The notes: generated from the letters alone by a model not told the origin. DNA of 64,000 nucleotides from Fimbriosthenelais zetlandica (GCA_977030845.1 OZ365115.1:310001-374000), one strand, 5' to 3'; counted from the stretch's first letter, positions 24,859-38,658 are shown. Translations and numbers: made by a program.

Positions 24859-25640
24859 TGATAGCGTTACACAGTCGTTGATGTGCGTGTAACTAAGCCC
24901 GTGGTTCTAACATTGATTAACGACTCGTGACATCTGACGATCACCAATCAACAAGACATTAATCACCGAGAAGAAACATCGAGAAGAAACTAGAAGTAAT
25001 ATATCACTACAGTCCGTTAACTTCACTACAGTCCGTTAACTTCACTACAGTCCGTTAACTTCACTACAGTCCGTTAACTTCACTACAGTCCGTTACTTTC
25101 TCTGGTCAGATACGGAGATACTCAATGTACCATTATTTCTGTCACTGTTTGGCAGGGATCGCATGAAGCTAGAACTGACCTCCAGGTTCCATCCGTGGCA
25201 TTATTCCCCTAAAAATGAATGGGACGGGAACCCGCGGGCTGCGACCTTGGGTTTCTCATCCCATTCACTCTCAGGGTCTAAAACCAGTACGACGTCTCAG
25301 TCGGTTCTATGTATACTCCATCCAGACACATCGATTACATGAAGACAGTGTAAGGTGAAACAATGAGAGGTTGATAATGATAGAGATTAATGTGTGTGTG
25401 GTTTTATACCAGCCTACATATTAACTTCGTGTGATACGCCGTGATTCATCACAGGTGAGAGGCCAGCCATGTGATACGATCATCATCATCATTATATCAT
25501 CATTACATCATCATTATATCATCATTTAAGTCGGCCTCTCAATCATCAAGTCTCTCATCTTAACCAGCCACGTGTGATAGAATTACAAATATAACAGTCT
25601 CACCAGCACCCCAGGCGACACACGGCGGAATTAGCCATTG

Positions 25641-26050
25641 TCTGTGATGAGAGGCATGTAAAAGGCCAGCCATGTCTCCCACTGTCTGTGATGAGAGGCA
25701 TGTACAAGGCCAGCCATGTCTCCCACTGTCTGTGATGAGAGGCATGTAAAAGGCCAGCCATGTCTGTGGTGAGAGGCATGTAAAAGGCCAGCCATGTCTC
25801 CCACTGTCTGTGATGAGAGGCATGTACAGGGCCAGCCATGTCTCCCACTGTCTGTGATGAGAGGCATGTACAAGGCCAGCCATGTCTGTGGTGAGAGGCA
25901 TGTAAAAGGCCAGCCATGTCTCCCACTGTTTGTGGTAAGAGACATGTAAAAGGCCAGCCATGTCTGTGGTGAGAGGCATGTTAAGGGTCAGCCATGTATG
26001 TGGTGAGAGGCATGTTAAGGGTCAGCCATGTCTGTGGTGAGAGGCATGTT
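25641..26050. repeat. Composite 44/34-bp tandem repeat; inverted partial copy at about 33229-33316
   Basis: tctgtgRtgagaggcatgtaMaaggccagccatg(tctcccactg). Confidence 0.92.
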
Positions 26051-29028
26051 GAGGAACCATTTGCTGGTTGAGACCATGGCGTGTTTCCCCCTCGTGTTTT
26101 GACCATGGCGGATACTGGTGTGTTCAACTTCAAACAAACAGAATCCGTAAAGAAAGTGTGAACGAGTAAATGCCATGTCAGACAGAGTGAGAGGAGAGAG
26201 AGATCCGGCGGTTAGAGAGACCGACACATGGTGAGATCAATGTATTCGAGATGAGTGAGAGGGGTGATGGATGAGTGATGGGGGTGGGAGAGGGGGGTGG
26301 GGGGGATGGCGGGGGTGGGGATAGGGGGGAGCTTAAACATAGAGCAACGTGTATTGCTAATAATCAGGAAACTCGAAGTTTTGTTAAACATTGGACATGA
26401 GTTTGGAGGGTGTGGGGTGGTATGGGTTTTGATTTGGGCGCGTATGTGTGTGGGGGGTGTGCGTGTGTGTGTGCGTGTGTGTGGGTGGGGGGGGGGGGAG
26501 TGTGTAGGGTGGATGTGTAGCATGTGGGGTGATGGATGTATAGGGACTATGACAGGGTTAAATATACAGCTGTAATAAGGCGGTATGAGTTCTCACTGAC
26601 AGCTCCACTCACCCACCATTAATTCCTCCCGTGCACACAGGAGCCCAGTAACCAACCAGAAAACTATCTCTATTATTACTTCATATAACCCTACTGCCAT
26701 CAGAGTTACAGAGCGGCTAATCAAAGACACTCACGCTCCTACAAACCGAAACTCTTATACTCTATATGTACAGAACCCTAAGAGAATATTAAACAAAACA
26801 CTTAAGAGATGAATTAGTTCGAGGGTGCAGAAGGAACCCTAACATAAGCAATATATTAGTGTCAAGCAAACTAAACTGAATATATTCTAAATTGCTTTTA
26901 CCTTCACAGTCCCATAGGAAGGAAATCTTGTCGCCAGTTCATATTTGTTAAGACCTTTCACACTCCACCTTCTCTACAGTAGCCTTCCTACAGTATAAGT
27001 CACTGTAATTCACTCTGTACAGGCCTCTACTAATGCCTCTCTAACTCCCTCAGCTATTCTACTATAAGCTCAAACATCAAAATATACTTTTTGTGATATT
27101 TTAAAACTAATGTTAATATAAGATGAATGTGAAATGTAGTGAAAAACAAGACGAACATACAGCAGGTCGCCGACTGAAAAAAACACGACCAGCACAGAGC
27201 AGAGCGCCTGGAGAGAGCTGCAGTATGTCACTACTTCACAATGTTCACAATGTTCACTTTAAAAACTTCACTCTTGTATGTATTTACGTTGTCAGCTGCT
27301 GTAGGGACGCAGGCTGGAGGCGGCTCTCAGCCACCTCTCTCATATACTCACTCTCCTGGGTCCCTTTAAAATATCATCTTAAAACTTATAACGTAAAAGA
27401 TTGGACAACACTACAGGATAAATTTAAACTGTCTAAGATCTATGCCAGCTTGGCGATGCTCGAGATATTGGTGCTTCCATTATGGGGTGTTTCCACTGCC
27501 TTGCGAGTTGCGATCTTGTTGCGACTGGCATTTGAGGCTGGTAAAGTGGTGAAGACCTTTGTTTGAATCCCTGTGAAGGCCTCTGATCATATATATCATC
27601 TATATCATCTATATCAGATTTATCTCACATTCTGTGAAGAGCGCCGCCCGCGGCTGATTCCTGTACTACTGATGGCCTTCACAGACAAGTTCAACATGAA
27701 TGGACAAAGTTGACATGAGGAGCCTGTGGGTGGGTGGACCGTATACTACCCCACCCTTCACATGTAGTATACCCGCAATGTGTAAATTATGAGAAGCACG
27801 TTAAAAGATGGCCTCAATAATCAGCCATCTACCATCACATGGCTACTGCTCCACCCTGCCCTCGCCTCCCCCCCCCCGCCCCCATATCTACCATCACATG
27901 GCTACTGCTTCACCCTCGCCTAGCCTCCCCCACCCGCCCCCCATCACCGCGCTGACCAGCAGAGCCCCCTAGTGGCGTGATTAGGAGGTGTTATTGATGG
28001 TCAAGGTGAGGCTGATAGCCGCCATGATGGACGGATGCTGGACGGACGCTGGTCAAACGCCAATTACGGTAATCACTTAGTGGCAATCAGGGTAAACTGC
28101 TTAAACCTAGAGCCCCGCGTCTAATACAATCTACTGGTTAAACCTACATAGTTGGCTCAAATCACAAAATGTTATACAATCCGTGGCCGGGGGTGTGGGG
28201 GGTATAATGGTTACAATCAGCGGTAGAGCTGACCAGCCTGTCCTCCACCTGATCAATGACTGGTCCATGGCGGCACGGCAGAAAGCAGGATAATAACAAA
28301 CTGGGTTAAGTTGGGTTTGTGTGGAGGGGAGCAGGGCGGGCGTGAGGGGAGCAGGGCGGGCGTGAGGGGGGGGGGGGGAGCAGGGCAGGCGTGAGGGGGG
28401 GGGGGGGAGCAGGGCGGGCGTGAGGGGGGTATTTGGGTCAGAATTAGAGGCTTATTGGGTCAGTGTACTGCTACACATATAACAAGATTATAAGGCAGGG
28501 ATTTAGGGATTAGATGGTCAGTCTAAACGTATACATGGAGTTTAATGAGCCCCTGTAAGAGATGTGTCTGTCATTCTGGTCATGTCCAGTCCGCCCTCGT
28601 CACAGACTTTCACACTGAGATTTAATGGGGTTTTTGAGGAGCGGCGGCTAATGAAGACACGTTTTACTGTAGACGGCTGTGATCACACAGAATACAACAT
28701 AAAACATGGAGTAAAACATGGAGTAAAACATGGAGTAAAACATGCTGCAGTGAAACATGGACTAAACATGGTACAGGGATTGTAGAGGAAGTGGCGGTAA
28801 TTATAGAGAGAGAAGCCAGGCGAGTAATGGTGTGACATGCACAGCTGGGGTGTGGCTGTGGCAGCGTGTGGCTGTGGCAGGGGTGTACGTATGGCGGCTA
28901 CATCCTTTATAAAACGTAAAGTTAGACTGGGAGGCTTGACTATATCAACTGCCACTGTGTCCACTGTTTATGTCTGCCTTATGGTGATTTTTTATCATCA
29001 TCTAATGAGACAACCAGACACGGTCTAC

Positions 29029-29300
29029 ATCCAGCCAGCATCCAGCCAGCATCCAGCCAGCATCCAGCCAGCATCCAGCCAGCATACAGCCAGCATACAG
29101 CCAGCATACAGCCAGCATCCAGCCAGCATCCAGCCAGCATCCAGCCAGCATCCAGCCAGCATCCAGCCAGCATCCAGCCAGCATACAGCCAGCATACAGC
29201 CAGCATACAGCCAGCATCCAGCCAGCATCCAGCCAGCATCCAGCCAGCATCCAGCCAGCATCCACCCAACATCCACCCACCATCCAGTCAGCATCCAGCC
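29029..29300. repeat. 11-bp tandem repeat
   Basis: at(c/a)cagccagc. Confidence 0.93.
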
Positions 29301-30039
29301 GGGATAGGGAGAGAAGTTATTACAAATCTAATCACAATAAAGTGCTACTTGAAACATGAAAACTTTAATTTTAATTCACTTGGCACGAATTTTAATTCAC
29401 TTGGCAATGTTCGAGCCTCAAACAAGCCTGGCTGGCGACATTTTCACGGCTTTCTTCTCAGACCGGTTCCAGGCGCAAAACAAACATCACAGATCCCAAT
29501 ATAAAACCAGGACGCAATATCAACTCAGTTATCAACTCCAAAATAATCCTCACACTCTCTCTGTCTCTCTTTTAGTTTAGATTTAGATTTGTTTTAAAAC
29601 GAAGCCACTCAGAACTCGTGTAAACGATCTACTGTTATCTCAACTCTGAGAGAGTTAGATTCACGGGGCACAATGAGGTATGAATAATGAGGTGTAAATA
29701 ATGAGGTGTAAATAATGAAGTGTAAATAATGAGGTGTAAATAATGAAGTGTAAATAAAGGTAGTATCAGCTCAGCCTTCTACAATCAACCAGCCTGATAC
29801 TGGAGCTCTATGACACTGAGGACTGAGGACTTTAGCCTGGTGTAGGTGTGTGTGTGTGTGTGTGTGACTAGAGGAGGGGGTGGAGGTGTGGGAGACGGTC
29901 CTGCATGGGTACACCTATAATATGGTGGACCTGGGGCTTCCCATTTAGGGGCCATCTCAGAAGTTCACAAGATTTTTTTCACACACACGTGAACAAAAAG
30001 AGAAGTGAAGTGAGGGAGAAAATAGGCAAATGAGATCTA

Positions 30040-30990
30040 TATTAACATAATATGAACCCCACCTCACATCCAACTAAATGACTGACATATATAACCAAAA
30101 AAATGCCCCTAATATGACTGGAGAAATTGGTGGACATGGATAGGAAACTTTGCATGAATTGTAAATCTTCAATATCTAAAGGATATCTTTATTATTTGGT
30201 ACACTAATAGGCCACACCCTAGGGATAATTGCCTGCTGATTCTTGCAGTGATTCATGCTAGTGGGACCTGTCTACAAGACCATAAGTCAAAAGTTCATCA
30301 ATTCCAGCCAGAAAGGAAATGATGCAAAAATTGAGGGCAGAAGTCAGCAATTGACATCTACCTGGACATTATATGAACCCCACCACACATCCAAGTACTT
30401 GACTGACACATATAACCAAAATCCCACCCCTGCTGTGTAGGGAGACATTGGTGGACATGGGTAGGAAACTTTGCATGAATTGTAAATCTTCAATATCTAA
30501 AGGATATGTTTATTATTTGGTACACTAATAGGGCACACCCTAGGGATAATTGCCTGATGATTCTTGCAGTGATTCATGCTAGTGGGACCTGTCTACAAGA
30601 CCATAAGTCAAAAGTTCATCAATTCCAGCCAGAAAGGAAATGATGCAAAAATTGAGGGGAGAAGTCAGCAATTGACATCTACCTGGACATTATATGAACC
30701 CCACCACACATCCAAGTACGTGACTGACACATATAACTAAAATCCCACCCCTGCTGTGTAGGGAGACATTGGTGGACATGGGTAGGAAACTTTGCATGAA
30801 TTGTAAATCTTCAATATCTAAAGGATATCTTTATGATTTGGCACACTAATGCAGTGATTCATGCTAGTGGGACCTGTCTACAAGACCATAAGTCAAAAGT
30901 TCATCAATTCCAGTCAGAAATTAAATGATGAAAACATTGAGGGGAGAAGTCAGCAATTGTGATCTACTTCTACATAATATGAACCCCACC
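30040..30990 (+). repeat. 321-bp satellite-like unit x3 (third copy has a deletion of about 42 bp)
   Basis: taggaaact at 30141, 30462 and 30783. Confidence 0.9.
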
Positions 30991-31310
30991 ATAATTAGTG
31001 ACATTACATTGAAAGTCGCAGATATAATAAACAGGATGTAGAACTCTAAACCCCATGGAACATCTGTATAGTCACCTCAACACGTCAACAAGGCAGGACA
31101 TTTAAAAAGCCAGATTAGGTAGATGTGTGTAAAGGTGTATTTATGATGTGTGTAAAGCTGTATTTATGACACACGTGGTGATATAGTGATGCTTAAAGTG
31201 TAATGAAAAATGTATTAAAAGGAGGGCGACTGTAAGGCATTGGACACTTTAACTGCAATTTATAAAAATATAAAAATATAATTATAAAGTATCTTCAGTG
31301 GGGGCACATG

Positions 31311-32678
31311 CCTGATACATGCATACAGTGAACACATTAAGCCTGATACATTCACACAGTGAACACATTAAGCCTGATACATTCACACAGTGAACACATT
31401 AAGCCTGATACATGCACACAGTGAACACATTAAGCCTGATACATGCATACAGTGAACACATTAAGCCTGATACATGCACACAGTGAACACATTAAGCCTG
31501 ATACATGCACACAGTGAACACATTAAGCCTGATACATTCACACAGTGAACACATTAAGCCTGATACATACACACAGTGAACACATTAAGCCTGATACATG
31601 CACACAGTGAACACATTAAGCCTGATACATGCACACAGTGAACACATTAAGCCTGATACATTCACACAGTGAACACATTAAGCCTGATACATGCACACAG
31701 TGAACACATTAAGCCTGATACATGCACACAGTGAACACATTAAGCCTGATACATGCACACAGTGAACACATTAAGCCTGATACATGCACACAGTAGAACA
31801 CATTAAGCCTGATACATGCACACAGTGAACACATTAAGCCTGATACATGCACACAGTAGAACACATTAAGCCTGATACATGCACACAGTGAACACATTAA
31901 GCCTGATACATGCACACAGTGAACACATTAAGCCTGATACATGCACACAGTAGAACACATTAAGCCTGATACATGCACACAGTGAACACATTAAGCCTGA
32001 TACATGCACACAGTGAACACATTAAGCCTGATACATGCACACAGTGAACACATTAAGCCTGATACATGCATACAGTGAAAACATTAAGCCTGATACATGC
32101 ACACAGTGAACACATTAAGCCTGATACATTCACACAGTGAACACATTAAGCCTGATACATGTACACAGTGAACACATTAAGCCTGATACATGTACACAGT
32201 GAACACATTAAGCCTGATACATGTACACAGTGAACACATTAAGCCTGATACATTCACACAGTGAACACATTAAGCCTGATACATTCACACAGTGAACACA
32301 TTAAGCCTGATACATGCATACAGTGAACACATTAAGCCTGATACATGCACACAGTGAACACATTAAGCCTGATACATGCACACAGTGAACACATTAAGCC
32401 TGATACATTCATACAGTAGAAGACATTAAGCCTGATACATGCACACAGTGAACACATTAAGCCTGATACATGTACACAGTGAACACATTAAGCCTGATAC
32501 ATGCACACAGTGAACACATTAAGCCTGATACATGTACACAGTGAACACATTAAGCCTGATACATGCACACAGTGAACACATTAAGCCTGATACATGCACA
32601 CAGTGAACACATTAAGCCTGATACATGTACACAGTGAACACATTAAGCCTGATACATGCACACAGTGAACACATTAAG
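31311..32678. repeat. 31-bp minisatellite, about 44 copies
   Basis: cctgatacatgcacacagtgaacacattaag. Confidence 0.97.
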
Positions 32679-32812
32679 TGTCTACACACCGTACACATGT
32701 CTATTATTCTGGTCACAGTCCAGGTAGATGAATTAGCCGACCATTCCACCATGAGCCGACCTGACACAGGCTCCAATAGGATTATTACCACTGCTCTTAA
32801 AGTCTATGGCCA

Positions 32813-32941
32813 NNNNNNNNNNNNNNNNNNNNNNNNNNNNNNNNNNNNNNNNNNNNNNNNNNNNNNNNNNNNNNNNNNNNNNNNNNNNNNNNNNNNNNNN
32901 NNNNNNNNNNNNNNNNNNNNNNNNNNNNNNNNNNNNNNNNN
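32813..32941. other. Assembly gap
   Basis: Run of N. Confidence 0.99.
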
Positions 32942-33475
32942 AGAGGAAGAGACAGCGGGGGAGTAAGAGAGATGAGATGAGATGAGATGGCCAGGTAATC
33001 TAATAAATGGCATTACTGTGTCCATTCCCTCACACCCGCTCTCTTTCCCCTTCACGTTCTCTCTCTCTCTCTCTCTCTCTCCCTCCATCTCTCTCACTTT
33101 CTTCATTAGCTTTCTTTCAGACCTGGATCTATTTCAGATCTACTTCTCTCAGAGAGGCTCATACAGACATACCCACGCCCTGAACTTCTCATAAATAATT
33201 ATTATAATTACTAGGGCTTGTGTGTTGGAGACATGGCTGGCCTCTCATCACAGACATGGCTGTCCTGTTACATGCCTCTAACCACAGACATGGCTGGCCT
33301 TTTACATGCCTCTCATAGTAGACGAGCCAGCAGGGGGTCAGGATGGATTGGGGGGAATGTAGAACTTTATTCCAAACTTCTAACAAAACAGTAAAACGGA
33401 GCTCTCCAGTAATTCATGTCACGGCTGGCCATGCATCATAGCCAGACATTATTGTAGCAGTGAGAGACAGAGAGG

Positions 33476-33610
33476 CGTGCACTGTAAAACCGGGTGACAG
33501 AGCGCCGTACACTGTAAAACCGGGTGACAGAGCGCCGTGCACTGTAAAACCGGGTGACAGAGAGGCGTGCACTGTAAAACCGGGTGACAGAGCGCTCTGC
33601 ACTGTAAAAC
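33476..33610. repeat. 30-bp tandem repeat, about 4.5 copies
   Basis: cactgtaaaaccgggtgacagagcgccgtg. Confidence 0.9.
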
Positions 33611-33724
33611 TAGGCCTGCTTCTCAGTCAAGTAATAACTGTACAACTTACTATTTAAAAAAAATGAAAAGACACGTTAGCGAAGGCAAAAATGACCTGAT
33701 GCATTTTACACATTTAGCTTCCAA

Positions 33725-34070
33725 CATCAGACAAGATTCAAATCAGGAGCCATCAGGTCTTATAGTGTACAGTTGCTCCCGACTACAGACAAGATTCAAA
33801 TCAGGAGCCAGCAGGTCTTATAGTGTACAGTTGCTCCCGACATCAGCCAAGATTCAAATCAGGAGCCAGCAGGTCTTATAGTGTACAGTTGCTCCCGACA
33901 TCAGACAAGATTCAAATCAGGAGCCATCAAGTCTTATAGTGTACAGTAGCTCCCGACTTGAGACAGGATTCAAATCAGGAGCCATCAGGTCTTACAGTGT
34001 ACAGTAGCTCCCGACATCAGCCAAGATTCAAATCATGAACCATCAGGTCTTATAGTGTACAGTAGCTCAA
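33725..34070 (+). repeat. 58-bp minisatellite x6 (dispersed family)
   Basis: acaagattcaaatcaggagccatcaggtcttatagtgtacag with period 58 (33731, 33789, 33847, 33905). Confidence 0.9.
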
Positions 34071-34181
34071 ACTTGCAAGTTGAGGCATGATTTCCAGTCT
34101 ACTCATGGACCGTCAGTTTGTAGGTGGTATTCGGGCTGTGATAATACATCATCAGACTATAATAGACGCTGCTTGTACTCT

Positions 34182-34195
34182 CCACCAGATGGCGC
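34182..34195 (+). promoter_or_regulatory. Single CTCF-type motif
   Basis: CCACCAGATGGCGC. Others: 27964-27975 (-, CCACTAGGGGGC), 37743-37754 (-, CCACTAGATGTC), 47193-47205 (+, CCACCAGATGGCG), 63759-63772 (+, CCGCCAGGTGGCGG). Confidence 0.45.
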
Positions 34196-34347
34196 CTCGT
34201 GTCAGGAATAGCCTCTATTATCACCCCTTGTTTATTAAGGCCTGCATTCCCCATGACAGGTCAGACATGACACTCACCTACTGTCACCTACTGTCACCTA
34301 CTTTCACTCTACCACTCCCACATATGGTGACAGGTATGTTACCCACT

Positions 34348-34590
34348 GTGACAGCTATATAAGACATGGTGACAGCTATATAAGACATGGTGACAGCTAT
34401 ATAAGACATGGTGACAGCTATATAAGACATGGTGACAGCTATATAAGACATGGTGACAGCTATATAAGACATGGTGACAGCTATATAAGACATGGTGACA
34501 GCTATATAAGACATGGTGACAGCTATATAAGACATGGTGACAGCTATATAAGACATGGTGACAGCTATATAAGACATGGTGACAGCTAAG
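34348..34590. repeat. 21-bp tandem repeat, about 11 copies
   Basis: gtgacagctatataagacatg. Confidence 0.95.
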
Positions 34591-36484
34591 TAACACGTTC
34601 TGACAGCGGTCACCAATGTTCACTTTGTCATTCATACGCGACACTTGCAATATGGCTGGAAACTTTCTCCTGTCATTGTAGTTGGGGTAGGTGGGCGGCG
34701 TGTGTGGGGGGGGGGGGGGGGGGGTTTGGTGGAGGTGTAGGGGGGGGGGGGGGGTGCGGGGAATTGATGCCTCATACCGGCATCCAGCCTCAGGGAATAT
34801 AAGGCCGTCTACATCTGGTCAACTGACAATCTAACCCCAGCCACGTGTGGATCCTTGATCCTCCACTTGTAGGGTCTTATTAGAACTGCTGGGGTGGGGT
34901 GGGTGTTACAGGTCTAGAGTGGGTCTATGGTATGGTCTATGATAGGGTCTATGGTATATGGTCGGGTCTATGGTCGGGTCTATGGTATGGTATGGTCTAT
35001 GGTCTGGTCTATGGTCGGGTCTATGGTCTATGGTCGGGTCTATGGTCTATGGTCTGGTCTATGGTCTGGTCTATGATAGGGTCTATGGTCGGGTCTATGG
35101 TCGGGTCTATGGTTGGCTGTGGGCAGGTTTGGGTGTAGGATATTAGTATGTACTAGTGTAGATGAAGTATTCAGCTATTGACGCAGTGAGACAGTAGTCA
35201 GTCTAGCCGAGAGGTCAGTCAACCTACAATAAGAAGCTTTACCCCCCCCCCCCCCACCTCCACCTCCCCCTCACCCCCCCACCACACCCCCACCCCCCCC
35301 CCCCGCCACCCCTCACCTCCCCACCCCCTCCCTCACCACCCCCCACCCCCCCCCCCCCCCACCCAGAGACAGGTGAACACCTGGCACGCCTTCCCCGGGT
35401 GATGGATGGCTTTACTTCAAGGCGACCAGAAAACAAAAATACAAAAACAGAAAAACAGAAATACCTCCACCGTCTACAGAGGGACCGAGTCTGGCCAACC
35501 ACCACTACAGCCATTAATCTAAATGATCACAAAGGATCTTATTAACTACCTTAACGTCCAACCTCACGTAAACTCAACGCAATGCTACAGAAAACAGTGA
35601 GCTTAAACAGGAATTCTATTTCCTCAAATGTGCCCGAAACATTTACAGTGAGTTACACAGCCCTTCACTGGAAGCCTTCACTGGAAGCCTTCACTGGAAG
35701 CCTTCATCCACATGGCTGACTGACTGACCATTTCACCTAAAGCGCCTTTCATGGCTTTAATCTAAACCACCATTGTTTACTGTAAACCACCATTGTTTAC
35801 TGTAAACCACCATTGTTTACTGTAAACCACCATTGTTTACTTTAAACCACCGTTGTTTACTTTTCTCCAAAGTTATAATTATGAATTCAAATATAAACAT
35901 AATATATACAGTAAACATTAAAACATTTAATGATGAGCCTACCTGGTGGAGCCGACCCTGACAGCCTGCTGACGACCTGGTGCTGACCTATGATGACCTT
36001 TAGATGACCTTGTTACGTCATGATGACCTTTAGATGACCTTGTTACGTCATGATCACCTCGTGCCTTGTCACCTCAGCTGCTGTCACCGCCATCAGTCAT
36101 GAGTAGACTGCGATGTAAAAATAATCACATTAATTCTTATATGATTTATATATAAGTGAGAGAATTTTTATAGGGTCATAGTTATGTTAATATTAACAGA
36201 TTATGTGGCCTACATCAGCCTACATCAGCCTACAGCAGCCTACATCATCTTAAACCACCCTGGATAACACTCACTCCACAACTTTAATTTTGAGCCCGAA
36301 ATAAAAGCTAGGCCCTAAGCTAGGTTCTCCTACACTAATCCTATACTACATGTACTTTTAATGGGACTAATTATTGATTATATTCCAGTGGAACAAGAAT
36401 GAAAACGATTAAGCTATTTTTCTGGAGGTATTATAGGGTGGCGGGAGTAGCCTATCATGTAGCCCCCCCTCCCCCTCACACCCC

Positions 36485-36750
36485 CCTCCCCCCCTCCACC
36501 CACTACGCTCCTTCCACCCCGCCCCCCCCCCTCCCCCCACCCTCCACCCACTACGCTCCTTCCACCCCGCCCCCTCTCCCCCCCCTCCCCCCACCCTCCA
36601 CCCACTACGCTCCTTCCACCCCGCCCCCTCTCCCCCCCCTCCCCCCACCCTCCACCCACTACGCTCCTTCCACCCCGCCCCCTCTCCCCCCCCTCCCCCC
36701 ACCCTCCACCCACTACGCTCCTTCCACCCCGCCCCCTCTCCGCCCCCCCC
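36485..36750. repeat. About 51-bp C-rich tandem repeat, about 5 copies
   Basis: ccctccacccactacgctccttccaccccgccccc... Confidence 0.88.
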
Positions 36751-36884
36751 ACTCCCCCACCCAATACACCACTTGTCACTGCCCGCTGCCCAACCTGCTA
36801 CCCCCTCACACCCCCCCCCCTCCCCCTCACCCCCCCCCCCTCACCCTCACCCCCCCCCCCCCCCCACCCCCGCCCGTTCCCTAC

Positions 36885-37295
36885 CTGTCCAGCCCGGTCA
36901 CCCCCCGCTCTCCACCTGTATCGTGGAGGTAGTGGAGGGAGCTGACCGTGTACGGCTCTCTACAGTAAACATAAACAATGTCACATCCTCAAACTATCAT
37001 AAATCACGAGTTAAACCTTCCTCTACACCCCTCACGTCGCCCGGCATGTCGCCGGCTCGTCGTGTATTACTCACTCAGGTATGTGTAGCCGCCATGACAG
37101 TCCGCCCTGCACCTGTAAACACCTGTAAACACCTGTAAACACGTGATGCGCGCGTGTGATAGACGCGTTGAAACGTGGCCTACAGAGCGCCGTGCACGTT
37201 ATAGAACCGAAACACGGTCTACAGACGCCACGTAACGCAACGTAAGGCGGAGTGGCTGAACTTACCCTCCAACACATGGACGTGAACGCTAACAT
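36885..37295 (-). CDS. Candidate unassigned gene fragment: exons 37266-37295, 37075-37112, 36885-36959 (MLAFTSMCWR|VQGGLSWRLHIPE|EPYTVSSLHYLHDTGGERGVTGLD)
   Basis: Kozak-like ACCATG; donors gtaagt, gtgagt, gtaggg; acceptors gtttacag and tttactgtag; one open frame with about 27/37 G/C third positions in exons 2-3. I recognise no homology. Confidence 0.35.
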
Positions 37296-37814
37296 GGTGT
37301 TAACTCATACAGGAGGGCACTGAGAGGATGTCAGCTGTCATATGAGAGGAACTGTACATTATAAAGCCTGCTGTGTACAGTCATACCAGACCATCAATCA
37401 TGCATTAGCAGCATGAACCTTTTATGATATTTACATCCCCCTCCCCCCCCCCCTCCCTTCCTCTGTCTCTCTCTCTGTTATGACACATGAAGGTTCAGGC
37501 AAAGTCTTAGTTCACCATCTCACCACTGCTTCGTGTGGCGCTGACTTACAGGCCAGTTTCAAACCCAGGGACAATCGTAGTTCACATTTCTGCCACCCCG
37601 TCGTGTGGCGCTGACTCACGGGTCAGTTTCAGACCCATGGACAATCTGAGATCACGTCTGACCACCTCACCGTGTGGCACTGACTTACGGTGGGTGTTCA
37701 GGAAATACAATAATCATTTAAACATGTGCTAGCTTTGTGGGTGACATCTAGTGGTTCCCTTCCCACTAAATAGTTTTTTGGAAAAATGAAAAAAATATCA
37801 ATCTTTAATTTTAG

Positions 37815-37972
37815 TAGCACTAGACACAGCGATAGGTGGAAGATCATGGTACATGCATCCACGGATGTTCCGTGGACCTACATTTCTTTTTATATTTCTT
37901 TTTGGTAGTTGTGTAGCTTCTTACTTTCTTTCTTCTATAATTATGCTGTATAAACATCTTGAATAAAAAAAA
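37815..37972 (+). mobile_element. Second copy of the same retroposon 3' end
   Basis: tagacacagcgataggYggaagatcatggtac and tgctgtataaa...ttgaataaaaaaaa are shared with 45686-45819. Confidence 0.6.
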
Positions 37973-38440
37973 TGTCTGGATGGCCAGTAAACACTGTAGT
38001 GCTGCCATCTCGTGTACAGTAAATGACGCCTCCAGCACATGTCACTTCTTATATCTCATCAAAATAGTCATCTTTTTATGTTCAGATGTTGTTTCAGTTA
38101 TGAAGCTGTTATTTTCCAGAGACTGAATGAAATGACAAACTGACATGAAGCCGACATTAGAGGAAATGGAGAAAGACTGAGACTATTTAACTTGAACTAA
38201 TTTAATTTATTTTGGCACTACATATTATTGTTAATAATTATTATTATTCTCGTTATTCTTGCCCACAATTAACATGTCAGATACAGAGAGTATGTACAGG
38301 GAGAATAGGTCTACATTATCACAATACGGTGCTCCAACACGACTTGACACTGTTAATAATATCTACAATGATTACTACTCAAACTGAGGCTTTATACACG
38401 CGACCCTACAATACCATATAGCAAATACAAGGAATGGCTG

Positions 38441-38658
38441 CAGCCTCTACCCCATCCTTCACAGTGTAAGAACAGCCTCTACCCCATCCTTCACAGTGTA
38501 ATAACAGCCTCTACCCCATCCTTCACAGTGTAAGAACAGCCTCTACCCCATCCTTCACAGTGTAATAACAGCCTCTACCCCATCCTTCACAGTGTAATAA
38601 CAGCCTCTACCCCATCCTTCACAGTGTAAGAACAGCCTCTACCCCATCCTTCACAGTG
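38441..38658. repeat. 32-bp tandem repeat, about 6.7 copies
   Basis: cagcctctaccccatccttcacagtgtaaKaa. Confidence 0.93.

Noticed and set aside
27123-27566. 147-aa plus-strand ORF
   Set aside because: No recognisable motifs and AT-rich codons unlike the two real genes; possibly a decayed TE.
28891-29030. Plus-strand 'MAATSFIKRKVR...VYVCLMVIFY' type II membrane-like start
   Set aside because: No convincing donor, it runs into an 11-bp repeat, and no downstream exons could be linked.
32625-33106. ORFs spanning N-gaps (also 56830-57328 and 58848-59159)
   Set aside because: Artefacts of unknown bases.
36893-37078. Plus-strand exon candidate (PGHPPLSTCIVEV...)
   Set aside because: It includes an AT-rich stretch better explained as a minus-strand intron 3' end; codon bias favours the minus model.
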